Below, one piece after another: positions 35,672 through 48,342 of a stretch of 64,000 bases of DNA. The translations under genes and the position numbers were made by a program. The notes under the pieces are model-generated. The model was not told the origin of the DNA. It saw only the letters and a list, made by a program, of their open reading frames with translations, and searched no databases. Source of the stretch: Guillardia theta CCMP2712 (taxonomy: Eukaryota > Protista > Cryptophyta). Numbering within the stretch: the first letter of the stretch is position 1; each line of letters begins with the position of its first letter. The stretch is taken from the NCBI RefSeq assembly GCF_000315625.1, contig NW_005434563.1, forward strand, positions 155,387 to 219,386, read 5' to 3'.

Positions 35672-38600
35672 TTACAGCGAAGCTGCTCGAGATGCTCGAG
35701 CTGCTCGGACAAGCAGCGCCAGCAGGAGCAGCGCGAAACTCGCAGCCCCTGCAGCGAGAAGGAGCATCGAATCCTGCCGCTCAGTCAGCAGAGGCAACAG
35801 GAGCAGGAACAGGAACTACCTGCTGCTGATGAGGAGGACGCTGAGTTCTCCTGCTCCACATGAGCTCGAGGGACGAGCCCTGACGGTCCATGCTGCTGGG
35901 AAGCGATAGCTGCATGGCCTCCTTGCGCGATCGATCCGCCCTGAAAGAGCTGTCAGACCGTGTTTCTCCTCTCCTCGTTCTCCCTCCGGCACTCCTTGTA
36001 TCTTTCTCCCCCCATTCTCAACTCTCTCGCATTTTCTCTCCTCCTGCTCTCACCATCTCATCTCGAAGTTTGTTGCTCCAACAGTGTCCAGCTCTCGCTC
36101 TCGTTCCATCCGCTCGTGCTCCTTGTGCTTCTTTTCCTCCTGCGACACGTTAGATATCCGTTCCCTCCTCCTCCTCTCAACTCCTTCCCCGCTTCCTACT
36201 CATGTCCTATCTCTCTTTCTTCCTCCTCTCGCATCCAAACTCGCTCAAGTTGCTGCATCTCTTCGCCTTCTCACCTTCCGCTCGATCTCCTCCCCCATCC
36301 GCAGGGTCAGCGACGCCGCGTCCCTTCGCAGAAGATGTCTCTTGGCCTCCTGCGACAAGAGTGAGGCCGGCTGTCTCCTCCTTTCCTCTCCTTCTCCTCC
36401 TCCTCCCGCCCCCCTCGCACCTTCTCGACCCCTCTCCCCTCCCCCTTCCGTCCAAGGTCCCTTCATCCCCCCCTCCCCCCCCACCCCCTCCTCCCGAACC
36501 TTGAGGCGAGCATCGATCTCGCTGTTAGAGATCGCCAGCCCTCCCTGATTGGGCGGAAGTTTGGCGAAAATGGCGAGGGTGCTGGAGCCAGTGTCGATGA
36601 GGACAGTGAAGCTCTGAAGTAGCGATGAGTGTGAGCAAGCGAGAGAAAGTGAGGGAGGGAGAAAAGGGGGGGGGGGAGGAAGGAAGGGAGAGAGGAGAAG
36701 GGAGCAAGAAGGAAGGGGAACAGCGAGGAAGGGAAAAGGAGCAAGGTAGGAGACAAGACGGAACGTCAAGGGGAAACGGAGGGAAGGTGGAGCGAGGGGA
36801 GGGAGGGACTAGAACAACTGAAGGCTACTGACCTGTCTAGGGGAACCGACGGACACATTGCAGAAGTATTGAGTTCTCATGCGATTCATCCCCACCGCAA
36901 CGTGATCGATTCCTTTCCTGCTGCTGCTTCAGCCACATCCTCTTTCGTCTCCTCCTGCTCCCTCCCTGTGCTTTTCCCCATCCTCCCTGTCGCACTAATG
37001 CCCTCCTCTCGCTCCTCTTCTTCTTCCTCCTCCTCCAACCTGGCCGCGTCGTCGGCGCTCTCCTCCACCTCGATCTCGCCCCGGTGCTGCTTCACGATCG
37101 GTAACTTCAGCTCGTCTTGCTCTCCTGCAGGAGATACCGTCAGCGGCTGCAGGAGGAGCCAGACAAGGGAAGAGGAAAAGACGCCATGTAACACGAGAGA
37201 CCAAAAGATGGCGTAGAAGAGGAGGAAGGGGATGAGGGAAGGAAAAGAGGAGAAGGGATCCAGAGAGGAGAGAGAGTGTACAGGTGGAGGAGGAAGAGGA
37301 AGTCGAAGAAGAGGAGGACGATGCGCAGTGACAGCAGAAGAGGACGGAAGGAGCGAAGAAGCACCTGGAGCAATAGGGACATAACGCGGATTCCGGGGAG
37401 CGATGCCGATCATGGGTGCCTGCAGCCGAGCCAAGTGAGAGGAGACAGCAAGACGAGGCAGATAAAGGAGGGAAGGGGGAGGAGCAGGAGAGGGTTGGAG
37501 GAGAGGGAGCGGGAGCGGGAGGGAGAACGGGAAAGAGGTGAGGATAGAGGATGGGGAGTGGTAGAGCTGACCTTGGGTTTTGTGAGATCAAACTCAACAA
37601 CGAGAGAGCGGAAGACAACATCGCCAAGAAGAATTCCTACAGAGAAGATCAGAAGAGAAGAAGCGAAGATGGAATGCTGGGAGAGGAGGAGGAGGGATTG
37701 GTAGGAGGAGAGGGCAGGAGGAGAAGAAAAAGGTACAAGGAGAGGGCAGGAGGAGAAGAAAAAGGTACAAGGAGAGGGCAGGAGGAGGGGAGGACCTGCA
37801 TAGGAGGAGGGAGTCTTCTGCACGCAGGGAGCGTTGTTCTCCTTCTGCCACCAGAACTCGTACGGGATCTCAAAGAGATGGCCATCAATGGTAATGTAGA
37901 ACGACATCCCCTGCCTCCCTTGTCAGTCTCTCCTCCCCAAACTCCTCCCCCCCCCCCCCCCCTACAAAAAAAAAAAAACCCTTCTCAGGACTCTCCTCCT
38001 CCGGCCCACTTCCAGTCACACTTCATGTCATCTGCTCCTCCTCGCCCCTCCAGCCTCCCCCTCCTCCTCCTCTGTCCCTCCCTGACCTTGGTCATGATGT
38101 TCTTAAACTTGCTGTACGGCCGGTCGCTCACTCTCCCCTCCAGCAGCGTGTCGGGGATCACGAGGCACGTGGTCCCTGTGTCCATGATGGCAGGCAGCGC
38201 CTGCTCCACTGACTTGTCGATCCAGTCCAGCAGCTCGATCCCTCCGAAGCTCAGCGACTGAACTCTCACCGAGTACTCAGTCGTCGAAGTCGTCGGCACG
38301 TACACCATGTCAGCGTCCGTGCTCGCCCTGTCGTATCCCCCCAGCTGCAGCTCACCAGAGTCTGCCGTTGACAGGAACGCGAACTTTCGCAGGTGCATGG
38401 GGCGCTCGTTGATGTAGTTGGCGCCCTCTAGCCCCCCCCTGTCGTTGGAGATGGCGAAGATCAGCGGCGTGGGGATGCTGGCGATCGCCGCGTCAGGCAT
38501 GCCCATGCCCAGGATGCCGTCGATGCCGTTGAACGTCGGATCGTTGCAGTCAAGTGCGCACCCGAGCCTCGTCATGGCATAGTAGTGCCCGAGCTGGACT

Positions 38601-39760
38601 ATGTCCTTGCACACGTAGCCTGTCAACACTGAACGATCTGCGTAGGAGACGGAGAAAGTCTCCGACTGCACCTCGACGAAGGACAGGCTCTCCCCCGGGT
38701 CAAAACGTCTAACCGTCGACATGTCAAATTGACTGTTTTCCGCTTCCCCGCCAGACGTGCTGTTTGCGCCTGGGGTGTTAGAGGAGTTTCCTGCTGGAAG
38801 GTCGCTGGAGTCTGTGAGGGTCGCGATGACCGACGGAGCTTTGTCTCGCTTGGCAGAACCTCTCGCAACCTTCTTCATGGTCTGCGCATCCGCATGCTGC
38901 TGGTTTCCAAGAGCCGACAAGATGAGCTTCACCTGCTCAGGGTCGATGCTCTTGAGGGCCCCGAGCACAGCGCTGCCTTCAGTCTGCGACATCTTCTCCA
39001 GCACCTTCGCCGCCTTGTCTGGGCTGAGGGAGGCGAGCGAACTGACCTCCCCCGCCAGCCCGCCCCGGTTGATCTGGACCGTGTGCGAGGTCGCGTGCTT
39101 CATGGCAGCCTTGATGTCTTTCCATATCATCGCCTCGTTGGTAGCCCTCTCGTACGACTCTCGCTCTGCTTTCTTTTGCAGCCTTCGTTTCGCCTCTGCC
39201 TCGGGATCGCGCGCTCCTGCTGTCAGCCGAGCAAACGCGGCCGCCTCCTCCTCTGCTCGCTTCTTCGATCCCAGCTCCTGCGGCACTCCGAAAGAAATGG
39301 ACGGGTCTGAGCCTCCACGAGGAGCAGCGCCGCTCCTGGACCTGCTTTCCTTCTTCCACCTCATCACGACTCCGAGCCCTCCCTCCGGCTCCTCGGAGCC
39401 TTTCTCTTGCGCCGGATGCTCAGCCTGTCTCTGGTTGACTGCCAGGGTCTTGTCGGGGCGCCTGCCATGCTGGACAAGCTGCTGCACTGTCGCATGTGTT
39501 GAGAGCTGCTGCCGCGCGAGCAGCTTCTGCGAAAGCTTCTGAGAGGCTTGATCGCTGGCTGGGGTGAGAGGAGAGGAGAGGATTCGCTCTACTTCATCCA
39601 ACCCCGAGTTCTGGTTGCTGAGAGCGGACTTGAGCCTCAGTCTCATCTGCGCCGCATCCTTGGAGATGTCAGTCGACTTGAGGTCAACATCCAGTGACAG
39701 CACTGGAAACGCGAAGATGAATACAAACAACAACGACTGGAGGATGCCGGTATGCGCCAT
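35672..39760 (-). CDS. Pepsin-family (A1) aspartic protease, circularly permuted, with signal peptide and C-terminal TM
   Basis: Exons 39760-38087, 37910-37796, 37636-37572, 37419-37365, 37124-37040, 36917-36833, 36613-36500 and later exons splice in frame. Motif order: FDP..S.SF, SYAD, DGILGMG, MDTGTT, ILLGDVVFR, then QYFCNVSVGSPRQSFTVLIDTGSS. TM LLLAAGAASFALLLLALLV precedes the stop. Confidence 0.9.
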
Positions 39761-41966
39761 GGTGGTCCCTCTTTGAATATCAGAGCATGATGTATGGGCC
39801 TGACCAACAGAACAAGTCAAAGTTCACTTTCACGACAACGTGGATCTCAAGAGCTACAGGAAAGAGTTCACAGGACTGAGAGGATGAAACAAGATCCACA
39901 CCGGCAGACACAACAACGCAAATAATAGAGATAGAGATAGAGATAGAAAGGCATACCTTCAACGTCTCAACTATCAACCTGCTCTGACTTTATTGATGTT
40001 CACTCCTGATGTACCCACCAAGGCATTGCGACGCTGGCCCATTCCTGCTACCAAAACAGTGTTACAAAGGCCGGCAGGTCTACCTTCCGTCCTTTCTGTT
40101 CTTGAAACATATTGTTTCGTTCATAATCCTCATCATCAAACAACAAAACAACGTTGACATAACCTATTGCAAACATCTCTACCTTCCCCTCAACTTGTCA
40201 ACAGGTAATGCTGCCGGCTTTCGTGTATTCAAAACAAAGCTGCTCCGATCGTATTACCCCAATTCAAAAAGCCACATACAAGGGGAGCATGTTAACATAG
40301 CAAGAATCGTCTCCAAACTCGATCTCAATTTCAACGATGCAGTTTATATGCCACCTCTACGAGTTTAAATAGAAATCCTTTTCTTCTCTTTGGAACAAAA
40401 CTTCATGCTTAAGATTGCTTTCGTCACTGACGGAAATCTTCACGTGTCATGTTGATCATCTCGACTATCTCGACAAGAGCCTACCTCAAACATTCTCCCT
40501 CCCTCCCTCCCTCCCTCCCTCCCTCCCTCCCTCCCTCCTGCATCGAGTAGATTGTTCCAAACATCCATACACTCTTCTGTCTAAACCATGAATCTGTACC
40601 ACCCCACCCACATCAAACTCCTACCCAGGTACCCCTAGTTCATAGCGCAGTACCCATTGATTCCCATCTCTCCACCCCTGCTGTAGTCTCACCCCTCCCC
40701 ACCCACCCAGTTCTTTCCATCCTTTGTGCCGCATACATTACCCCCCAACAAACTTTGCTGTTCCGATTTGAAAATGTTGCATATTCAAATTTCAACATTT
40801 GATTGTGAGGTATGCGAAAAAGTTTAAAAATTGAATTCATTTTCATTGCAAACTTTTTGAGGACCCCGTTCCGTAAGGAACCAGTCTTCAGGACCCCACC
40901 AAACTACCCCACTACCCCCTCTGTACAAGGAAAGTACCTCACCTCTACCCCCTTTCCCAACCTTACTACCCCTGCTGAATCCGAAAATAGATCTGTAACT
41001 CCCTGTGATTCATTGACCCCACTCTACCCCTCGGAATTATAACTTTACTACCGTCACCCACTAGATACCTCACAATGACCCCCCCCTTTTCCCATCGAAC
41101 GTCAGCATTCCGAGTGGGACCCTAGGGATCCCTGTCAGTCCCTTTCAGTACCTTCGGTCACTACCAGTTTTTTAACTTAACTTTGAGTGAATAGTCACGT
41201 CTTCGCCGGCGGGTGACAGTGACATCACTGCCGTGACGGTGGGCCGGGCCCCGGGCCCCGGCGGTGGAGCATGGAGTCCTGCGGCGGGCGGCCGGGCGGC
41301 GGCACTGCCACCGCCGGCCGGGGTGGCCAGGCCGGGCTCCGGTGATCGGACTCCGTCGGACTGCGCCGCTCCCGGTGACGGGCCCGGTGACTCAGTGAGT
41401 CACGTACCGGACGGTACCGGGCCGGGCCGCGCGGCGCGGCGCCGCCGGGCCGAGCCGAGGCGTGAACTTGGTGACTTCGGACGCCGGGTTGAACTTCCGG
41501 GACTCAGTGACTCCGGGAACTCAGTCCGAGGAAACCGCCGCGCGGCCGGCGGCGGGCCCCTCCTAGCCTGAGGGCCTACGGTACGGTAGCCACGGTACGG
41601 CCCGCGGGGCCTACTAGCGGCGAGGCTCTGAGCCCGGCCTCAGGCTTGGCACCGTCACGTACGGCGGTGACGGTCGGCCCCGGCCGGGCCGCCCGCCGAC
41701 CGCCGCCGCCGCTGACTGAGTCAGTGCCAGTCACGGTGGAAACGGTTCAGCGGCGAAGTTCAATCCGAATGCCCGGACCGTCTCACCCGGCGTACTACTA
41801 GTCCACTGCATCGCCGGAAGCGGGTAAGGTCAATCTCCCTCCGTCGCCGCGAGTCTTTGCGGTGCCAAGTTGTGTCCATGTGACTGTTTTTGAACGCATC
41901 ATGGATCGACAGTACTGAGCCTCCGATACATCTTGACACTTGTTTCATTACCGTGAGACTTAACTT

Positions 41967-42180
41967 CTCTCCTGTAGATTCAATCTCCCTCTTCTTTATA
42001 GGTTCAATCTCCCTCCTGTAGACTTGGATCCAATCTCTCTCCTGTAGATTGAACTACGTCTCTCGTGTAGATTGAACGACGTCTCTCCTGCAGATTGAAC
42101 GTCTCTCCTGTAGATTGAACGGCTCTCCTGTAGATTCAATCTCTCTCCTGTAGATTCAATCTCTCTCCTGTAGATTCAAT
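41967..42180. repeat. Minisatellite, about 10 units of ~20-23 bp (CTCTCTCCTGTAGATTCAAT / ...GATTGAAC)
   Basis: Head-to-tail units visible directly, no unique spacers. Confidence 0.9.
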
Positions 42181-42348
42181 ATCCCCACATGCACTATTGG
42201 TCTACCTTTCTGATATCGCAACTCAAAAGTTCGTTGCGCATCCTCGGAACGCTAACATGCTGCGCGTACTTGCGATTGCTCGAAGAAGGCAGTCACTCCG
42301 AGGAAAGGAGCTGGAGCTGGAGATGTTGTTGTGCTTCCCAGCGGCATC

Positions 42349-42681
42349 TCAGCTGTTGGAAAGCAGGTGGGAGGCGACGACAGTGATGTAAGCAGAGAGC
42401 TGCAAGATCGTTTCCTCCAGCTTCTCATCCTCGTCCAGTTCATCGTCTTCCTCCTCGCTCTCCTCCTTCGTCTCCTTCCATCCGTTCACGTCGCTTGAAG
42501 GCATCTCTCCCATGGGATTTGCATGGTCTCTCCGAGCCGCCGCCTCTCTCTGCTCCCCACTCCTCGCACGTTTCCTCGGGCTGGCCTCTGCTGCTTCCCT
42601 TCCACTCTGACCATCCACCATGGCACCGCCCGCTGTGTCCTCCCCCTCCGTTCGCAAGTCGTTAGATGATCGTTTAGTCAT
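42349..42681 (-). CDS. Hypothetical small acidic protein or exon
   Basis: 110-aa ATG-initiated ORF with NLS-like PRKRAR and an acidic tract, divergent from the MRS2 gene. Confidence 0.4.
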   Translation of the reverse strand: MTKRSSNDLRTEGEDTAGGAMVDGQSGREAAEASPRKRARSGEQREAAARRDHANPMGEMPSSDVNGWKETKEESEEEDDELDEDEKLEETILQLSAYITVVASHLLSNS

Positions 42682-43485
42682 CTCCGGACTAGAAACAGCC
42701 TTGTCGCAGATCCTCGCTTCTCTCCTCGCTCTTCCTTTTCTCGCTTCTCGCTCCTCCTTTATTCCTCCTCGCTCCTCGTGATCGGTCTTCAGGTTCGTCA
42801 GTGCATCACTGAAGTGGCCTCTCCTTGGTCGCTCAACCTTCCCTTCAGCGGATCCCCCACCTCAAACTCGCTTTTTCGGTCCTGCCCGTCCCCTTTCTCA
42901 CCTCTTCTCAGCTCTACCAACCTCTGTCCATCTCCGCTCCTTTCCTCCCTGCCAGCTCCTTTGCTCCTCTTGATGCACCCCGCGATTCTCCCCTCCCTTC
43001 CCTTCCTTCCCTCCCCTTTCCTCAGGTGCGCTCCTGCTCCTCTCGCTCCTTGCTCCTTGCTCCTTGCTCCTGCTCCTGCTCCTCCTCCTCTTCTTCTTCC
43101 TCCTCCTCCTCCTCCAGCAATCAGCTGCAGCGTCAGAGTCCACACATCCTCTGCCCCCTCACGTGCTCCTCCCCTCACACGCGCGTTCCCTCGCTCATTT
43201 TCCGGCTCATTTTTGCATTTTCGCCTGTGGGGCCAGCCTGTGGTCGTCCATCTTCGTGGTTACCCTACGACCGCCTGATGGCGACTGGGGAAAGGTGGTG
43301 GTGCAGGATAGTAGGGGAGGAGGAGGAGGAGGAAGAGGACAGGACAGGACAAGAGGACTGGAAGGCAAGAGTAAAAGGAGAGGAGAGGAGGAGGAGGAGG
43401 AGTGGGGAAGGGGAGTAGATAGTAAGACTCCCGACTTTCGTCCCTTGAGCAAGGACTTGATTGCGAGCTGCGGTTGCTGGTAGCC

Positions 43486-44017
43486 ATGCCTTCCTCCAGC
43501 GCCATGTCGCCAGCTGCTCCTGCAAGTCCAGACGTCGAGATCCATCCTGCCGAGATCCTCGTGGTTGCCAACGACTATGACGAGCAGGCGATCATGCAGT
43601 CTGGCTCGGACTATGACCGACAGGATGGGGACGTGCGGGGCAGGGAGGATGGGGCGGAGGACGCGGAGACGAGCCGGAACTCCGTCAACGTTTCCTTCAA
43701 GGCCATCCCGGTGACAGAGGAGAACGTTTCTGCTCTCTCCTGCAGCCTTAGGACAAGGCACGTGCACGACGAGAGGGGGACGGAGGATGAGAGCGACATG
43801 TCGAGCGAGGAGGAGGAGGACATGGAGCGGAAGCCTCTTCGATCAGCAGGGCAGGAAGTGCTGGATAGAACATCGACGATGGGGGAGATGATGATACAGA
43901 AGATGCAAACCAACCCCGACCAGCTCGTCGTCCTCGTCCTCACCAGCAGCTACCAGGTGAACTCCTCCCATCCACTATCATCATCATCGTCATCGTTGTC
44001 GTCGTTGTAATCATCAC

Positions 44018-44048
<31 letters not shown>

Positions 44049-45369
44049 TCTTATTTGCCCATCTTTTCTCAGTTTTTCCCTTTCACTTCTCCAATCTCAC
44101 AATTCCTTCAGAGTTTTATGAGGAGCGATATGACGAGGTAAAACTTCTTTGTCCCCCTCCTCCTCCCCAATCCTCCCCAATCCTGCATGATAACCCCTGC
44201 CATCCTCCTCCCTCCCCACACCTCTCACTCCCCTTCTCTCCCTCCCCTCGGTTCTCTCTCTCCCCTCGTCTTTCTCTCTCCCCTCGTCTCTCCCTTCCCT
44301 CGTCTCTCGCTCTCAGCACTGATACAGGTACGATCTCCTCACTGAGTGTCGGAGGATGCTTCCTCAACGACAAGAAGCGCTCGGAGCTTCTCTGCAGCTN
44401 NNNNNNNNNNNNNNNNNNNNNNNNNNNNNNNNNNNNNNNNNNNNNNNNNNNNNNNNNNNNNNNNNNNNNNNNNNNNNNNNNNNNNNNNNNNNNNNNNNNC
44501 TCTCTCTCTCTCAACCTCTCTCTCAACCTCTTCCTCCTCATTCTCCTTTCTGGCTTGCTCTTGTTGCTCCTGCGCCGTCTTCCCTTTCTCTAGCCTACTT
44601 TTCCTCCTCTTCCTTCTCCCTGTGCCCCTACCTCTCTCACCCTGTTCTTCATCTATGTACACTTTCTCCTCCTGTTTCTCCTGTTCCCCATCCTTCTACT
44701 TGTTTCATCTTTTCACATTCCCAACCATTAAGTCTTCGGCTCCGCTCCTCCATTGCTCCTCTAATCTTTTCCTAACCAGAGATCTCCGTGCTCTCCAAGC
44801 TGGAAGCGAGTCTGCGCTGCTCGTGCGAGGAGGAGCGATTGTTCTCAGCTGCTCTCCGCTCAACGCTGTTGTGACATCGCAGGTGATAGGGAGGGGCAGA
44901 GGGAGAGAGGGGGGCGGGAGAGCAATGCGGAGCAAGAGGAGCTGGGTCATGCTGAAGGAGGCGCGGGGGTGGTGGAGGAGGAGAGGTCCTTGGGAGTGGG
45001 GAAGGGGGGGGGACGAGATGCAGGAGACTGATCTTAACTCGACTGCAGCAAGCGTTCGTGGTAGTGCCCGACGGGGCCGACGACTTGCTGGAGCCGCTGC
45101 TGCATCGAGTTCAGAAGCTTCGCGGGACTGAAGATGTGATTTTTTCCTCCTATCTGCTATCCAGATGCTCTCCACCTCCTTCCTGTCGTTCTCCTGCCCT
45201 CTCACGACAGACTGCAGAGCTGCGGCATGATCGACTTCGAATTTGTAGCGCTGGAAGGTGAGAATGAGATCGGGGAGGACAAGGGAGAACAGGAGGAGCA
45301 GGAGATGGGGGTGGAGGGAAAGAGATAAGTGAAAAATGTTTCGAGCAAGCGAGGGAAGACAAGAGCAGA

Positions 45370-45437
<68 letters not shown>

Positions 45438-47690
45438 TGGGAGTGGGAGGATAAGCAGGAGCAGGAGCAGGAGCAGGAGTGGGAGTGGGAGGATAAGCAG
45501 GAGCAGGAGCAGGAGCAGGAGCAAGAGCAGGAGGAGAGGGAGCTGAGCAGCTGAGCAGCACTTCTACTCACCTTGTACGAGCATCATCGTCGAATCGTGT
45601 CGAAGCACGCGGGTGAGGGAAGAGGAGGACAGGCAAGCGAGTGACGACAAGACAGAGGTAGCGCAGGAGATGCTTCACGGAATTAGGAGCCACCTATCCA
45701 ACGAGGTCCTCCTCCACCTCCTCCACCACCACCTAATCTACTGTCTCCTCCTCCACCTCCTCCACCACCACCTTATCTACTGTCTCCTCCTCCACCTGAT
45801 CCACCACCACCTAATCTACTGTCTCCTCCACCACCACCACCACCACCTAATCTACTGTCTCCTTCTCTTCCTCCTCCTCCACCCCCACCTAATCTACTGT
45901 CTCCTCCTCCACCTCCTCCACCACCACCTAATCTACTGTCTCCTCCTCCACCACCACCACCACCTAATCTACTGTCTCCTTCTCTTCCTCCTGTTCCTCC
46001 TCTTCTCCTTCCCTTTTTTCTTCTCATATTTGCACTGAAACGTTTTTCAGCTGTTGAATCGCATTCTGCTCCTCAAACGAAAACTTTCCTCAGAGTATGA
46101 GGCTGTTCGAGGTATTTCATCGATCTTTCACCTCCTCCTGCTCCTCTCTCCTCCCCTCTCTCTCCTCCGTCTCATTCTCCTTCTCCCCGTCCTCGTTTCT
46201 TGATCCCACTACCCCCTGCTCTCCTTACTGCGTCCATGCTCAGTCTTCTCCTCACCGCGCTCTCCTCCCTCCCCTCCCCCTCCTTCTATTTCTCTTCCTC
46301 CTGATCCTTGTATGGCAGGCGCGCAGATGGCGTTGGAGGAGACGCAGGACGACAAGGACGCCCTGCTGCTCATGTACCTCACCCACCACCGCAAGGTCAG
46401 CTGCTCCTCCTGCACCTGCCCCATACCCTCTTCCATCTTCCTCCTCGTCCTCCTCCTTCTCCTCCTCCTTCTCCTTCCCAATCTTTGTGCGTCTCTTTTA
46501 TCCACGGTGCCATCGTCATATCCAACTCTACTCCTTGCTTCATCCTTTCTCTGCTTCTCCTCTTCCACCACCACCCTCCCCCCCCCCCCTCTCCTCTCTC
46601 CTCCTCCTCCTCCTCCTCCGTCCTCCTCCTCCTCCTCTCCTCCTCCTCNNNNNNNNNNNNNNNNNNNNNNNNNNNNNNNNNNNNNNNNNNNNNNNNNNNN
46701 NNNNNNNNNNNNNNNNNNNNNNNNNNNNNNNNNNNNNNNNNNNNNNNNTCGTCGTCCTCTCACTCTCGCTCCTCCTCCTCCTCCTCCTCCTCCTCCTCCT
46801 CCTCCTCCTCCTCCTCCTCCTCCTCCTCCTCCTCCTCCTCCTCACCCTCCTCCTCACCCTCACCCTCCTCCTCACCCTCCCCATGCTCCCCTTCTGCCCT
46901 CTTCCTACTCTCCTTCTCCTCCTCTTCCTCTCTCCCCTCCCCCTCAGGCTTCTTCGGCATGAATCTTCCTAACCGCCAATACGCTGACGGCACGGTCCTC
47001 CCTGGACAAGATTTTCAGCCCCCGACAGGTCATGTCTTCCTTTATTGCACCCTACTCCTCCCCAGCTTCATTCTCCTCCTCCTCTTCCTTCCCACTCTTC
47101 TCCTTGCGACCTCTTCTCTCACCCTCCTCCCGCCCCTCTCTTTCTCCGCTCTGTTCCATATCTCCACCCTCCTTCCCATTCCTGAAAAGCTGAGCAGGAG
47201 GCACGAACTATCTTGGTCCTTATGAAGGAGGCCCTTCATGGACTTTCATTGAAGTGAGAGTCTCATCAAGCCCCTCCCTCCGCCTCCATCTCTTCTTTTC
47301 TCCTCTTTCCCGCCCGCTTTTCTCCTGCGCTCTTCCTTACCCTCCACCCTTCTCCTGTCCTCTTGACCCCTGCCATTCCCCTGTCCCTCCTTTCAACGAC
47401 ATGCTCTTCTGTCCTCTCCTTCCGTTGATATTCCCCTCCTGTTTCCTGATTTCTTTCCTTGTCTCTCTGCTCCACTCTTCATTTCTCCCCTCCCAACCCC
47501 CCCTGTTCTTGAACATCTATTGACTTCTCCTTTCTTACACTTGTTGCTATCATCGCCATCTCCCTCCTCTCCCCTTGTTTCTTCATCCTCACCCTCTCCT
47601 CAGGTCACCGTTATCTCTTCCATTGGTAGTGCCGCGCTTCTGTTCGGGACCTGCTTCTTTCTCTCGTGCTGCGGACTCCTGCGAACTTGA
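43486..47690 (+). CDS. MRS2: CorA/MRS2-family Mg2+ transporter, multi-exon (parts lost in N gaps)
   Basis: Exons give RDLRAL...LLVRGGAIVL, DFEFVALE, LLMYLT, the signature GFFGMNL (~46948-46967), and a final TM exon VTVISSIGSAALLFGTCFFL...LLRT*. Confidence 0.88.
44400..44499. other. Assembly gap (100 N)
   Basis: Run of N. Confidence 1.
45707..45990. repeat. Intronic minisatellite, ~7 units containing CCACCTAATCTACTGTCTCC
   Basis: Repeated core separated by variable CCA/CCT tracts. Confidence 0.9.
46649..46748. other. Assembly gap (100 N)
   Basis: Run of N inside a (CCT)n tract. Confidence 1.
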
Positions 47691-47922
47691 GCAGCTGACA
47701 AGGAAGGAGGACCGACACAGGGCGAGTTGGAGGAGGCGAAGGAGGATGAGCAGAGGCAGTATGAGGGGATTTTGCGGATTTTGTTTGTCCTTTGTTTGCT
47801 TCATGACTATACACAGAATCACTCTCCCTCCCTCCCTCCCTCCCTCCCTCCCTCCCTCCCTCCCTCCTTTTCTCCCTTTTCCACCATTCCCCCCGGTCTC
47901 GTCTTCCACGATCTTCTCTCCC

Positions 47923-48342
47923 TCAAGTGCTGAGCATACTGCACAAAGGCAGCCTGACCTCCTCTCTCCCGTCCTCCATGAACTCCTTCGCCTTTCTCCA
48001 GTCAACCAGCGGCAGCATTGGCCTATTTCTCCTCCTCTTCATCTCCTCCTCCTCCTCGTTCACGGCAAACAACGAGTCGCCTCTCCGAACAGGAGCCTGC
48101 CAGCCGCCTCCTCTATACAGGTACCTGCAGTTCTCTTCCCCTTTCTTCCCTGCAACCCCCATCCTGTTCGCTGTGCTCCTGAACTTGCAGCTCGTGGCCA
48201 ACAGCTCCTGCTGCCTCTCCACCTGCCTGCTGGCGGGCGGCGGAAGAAAGACTCGGGCGCCCCCTATCTCTCGATGCAGCACCCAATCGGTGGGAGGAGG
48301 AGGGCAAGAAGTGGAGAACAGGGAAGGGAGATGCGGAGCCAT
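47923..48342 (-). CDS. Probable last exon of a hypothetical protein
   Basis: Normal-complexity reading frame (DWVLHREIGGARVFLP...WRKAKEFMEDG) downstream of a pyrimidine tract. Confidence 0.35.
   Translation of the reverse strand: MAPHLPSLFSTSCPPPPTDWVLHREIGGARVFLPPPASRQVERQQELLATSCKFRSTANRMGVAGKKGEENCRYLYRGGGWQAPVRRGDSLFAVNEEEEEMKRRRNRPMLPLVDWRKAKEFMEDGREEVRLPLCSMLST

Noticed and set aside
36500-36917. Start of a second, separate aspartic protease gene or tandem domain
   Set aside because: There is no separate start or signal peptide, it splices in frame from the upstream exons, and no further pepsin motifs occur before the TM and stop.
41967-42180. Possible CRISPR array
   Set aside because: Units are head-to-tail with no unique spacers, there are no cas genes, and the context is eukaryotic; it is a minisatellite.
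45707-45990. Possible CRISPR-like repeat or poly-His/Gly protein
   Set aside because: The intervening sequences are just CCA/CCT tracts, and it lies inside an MRS2 intron.
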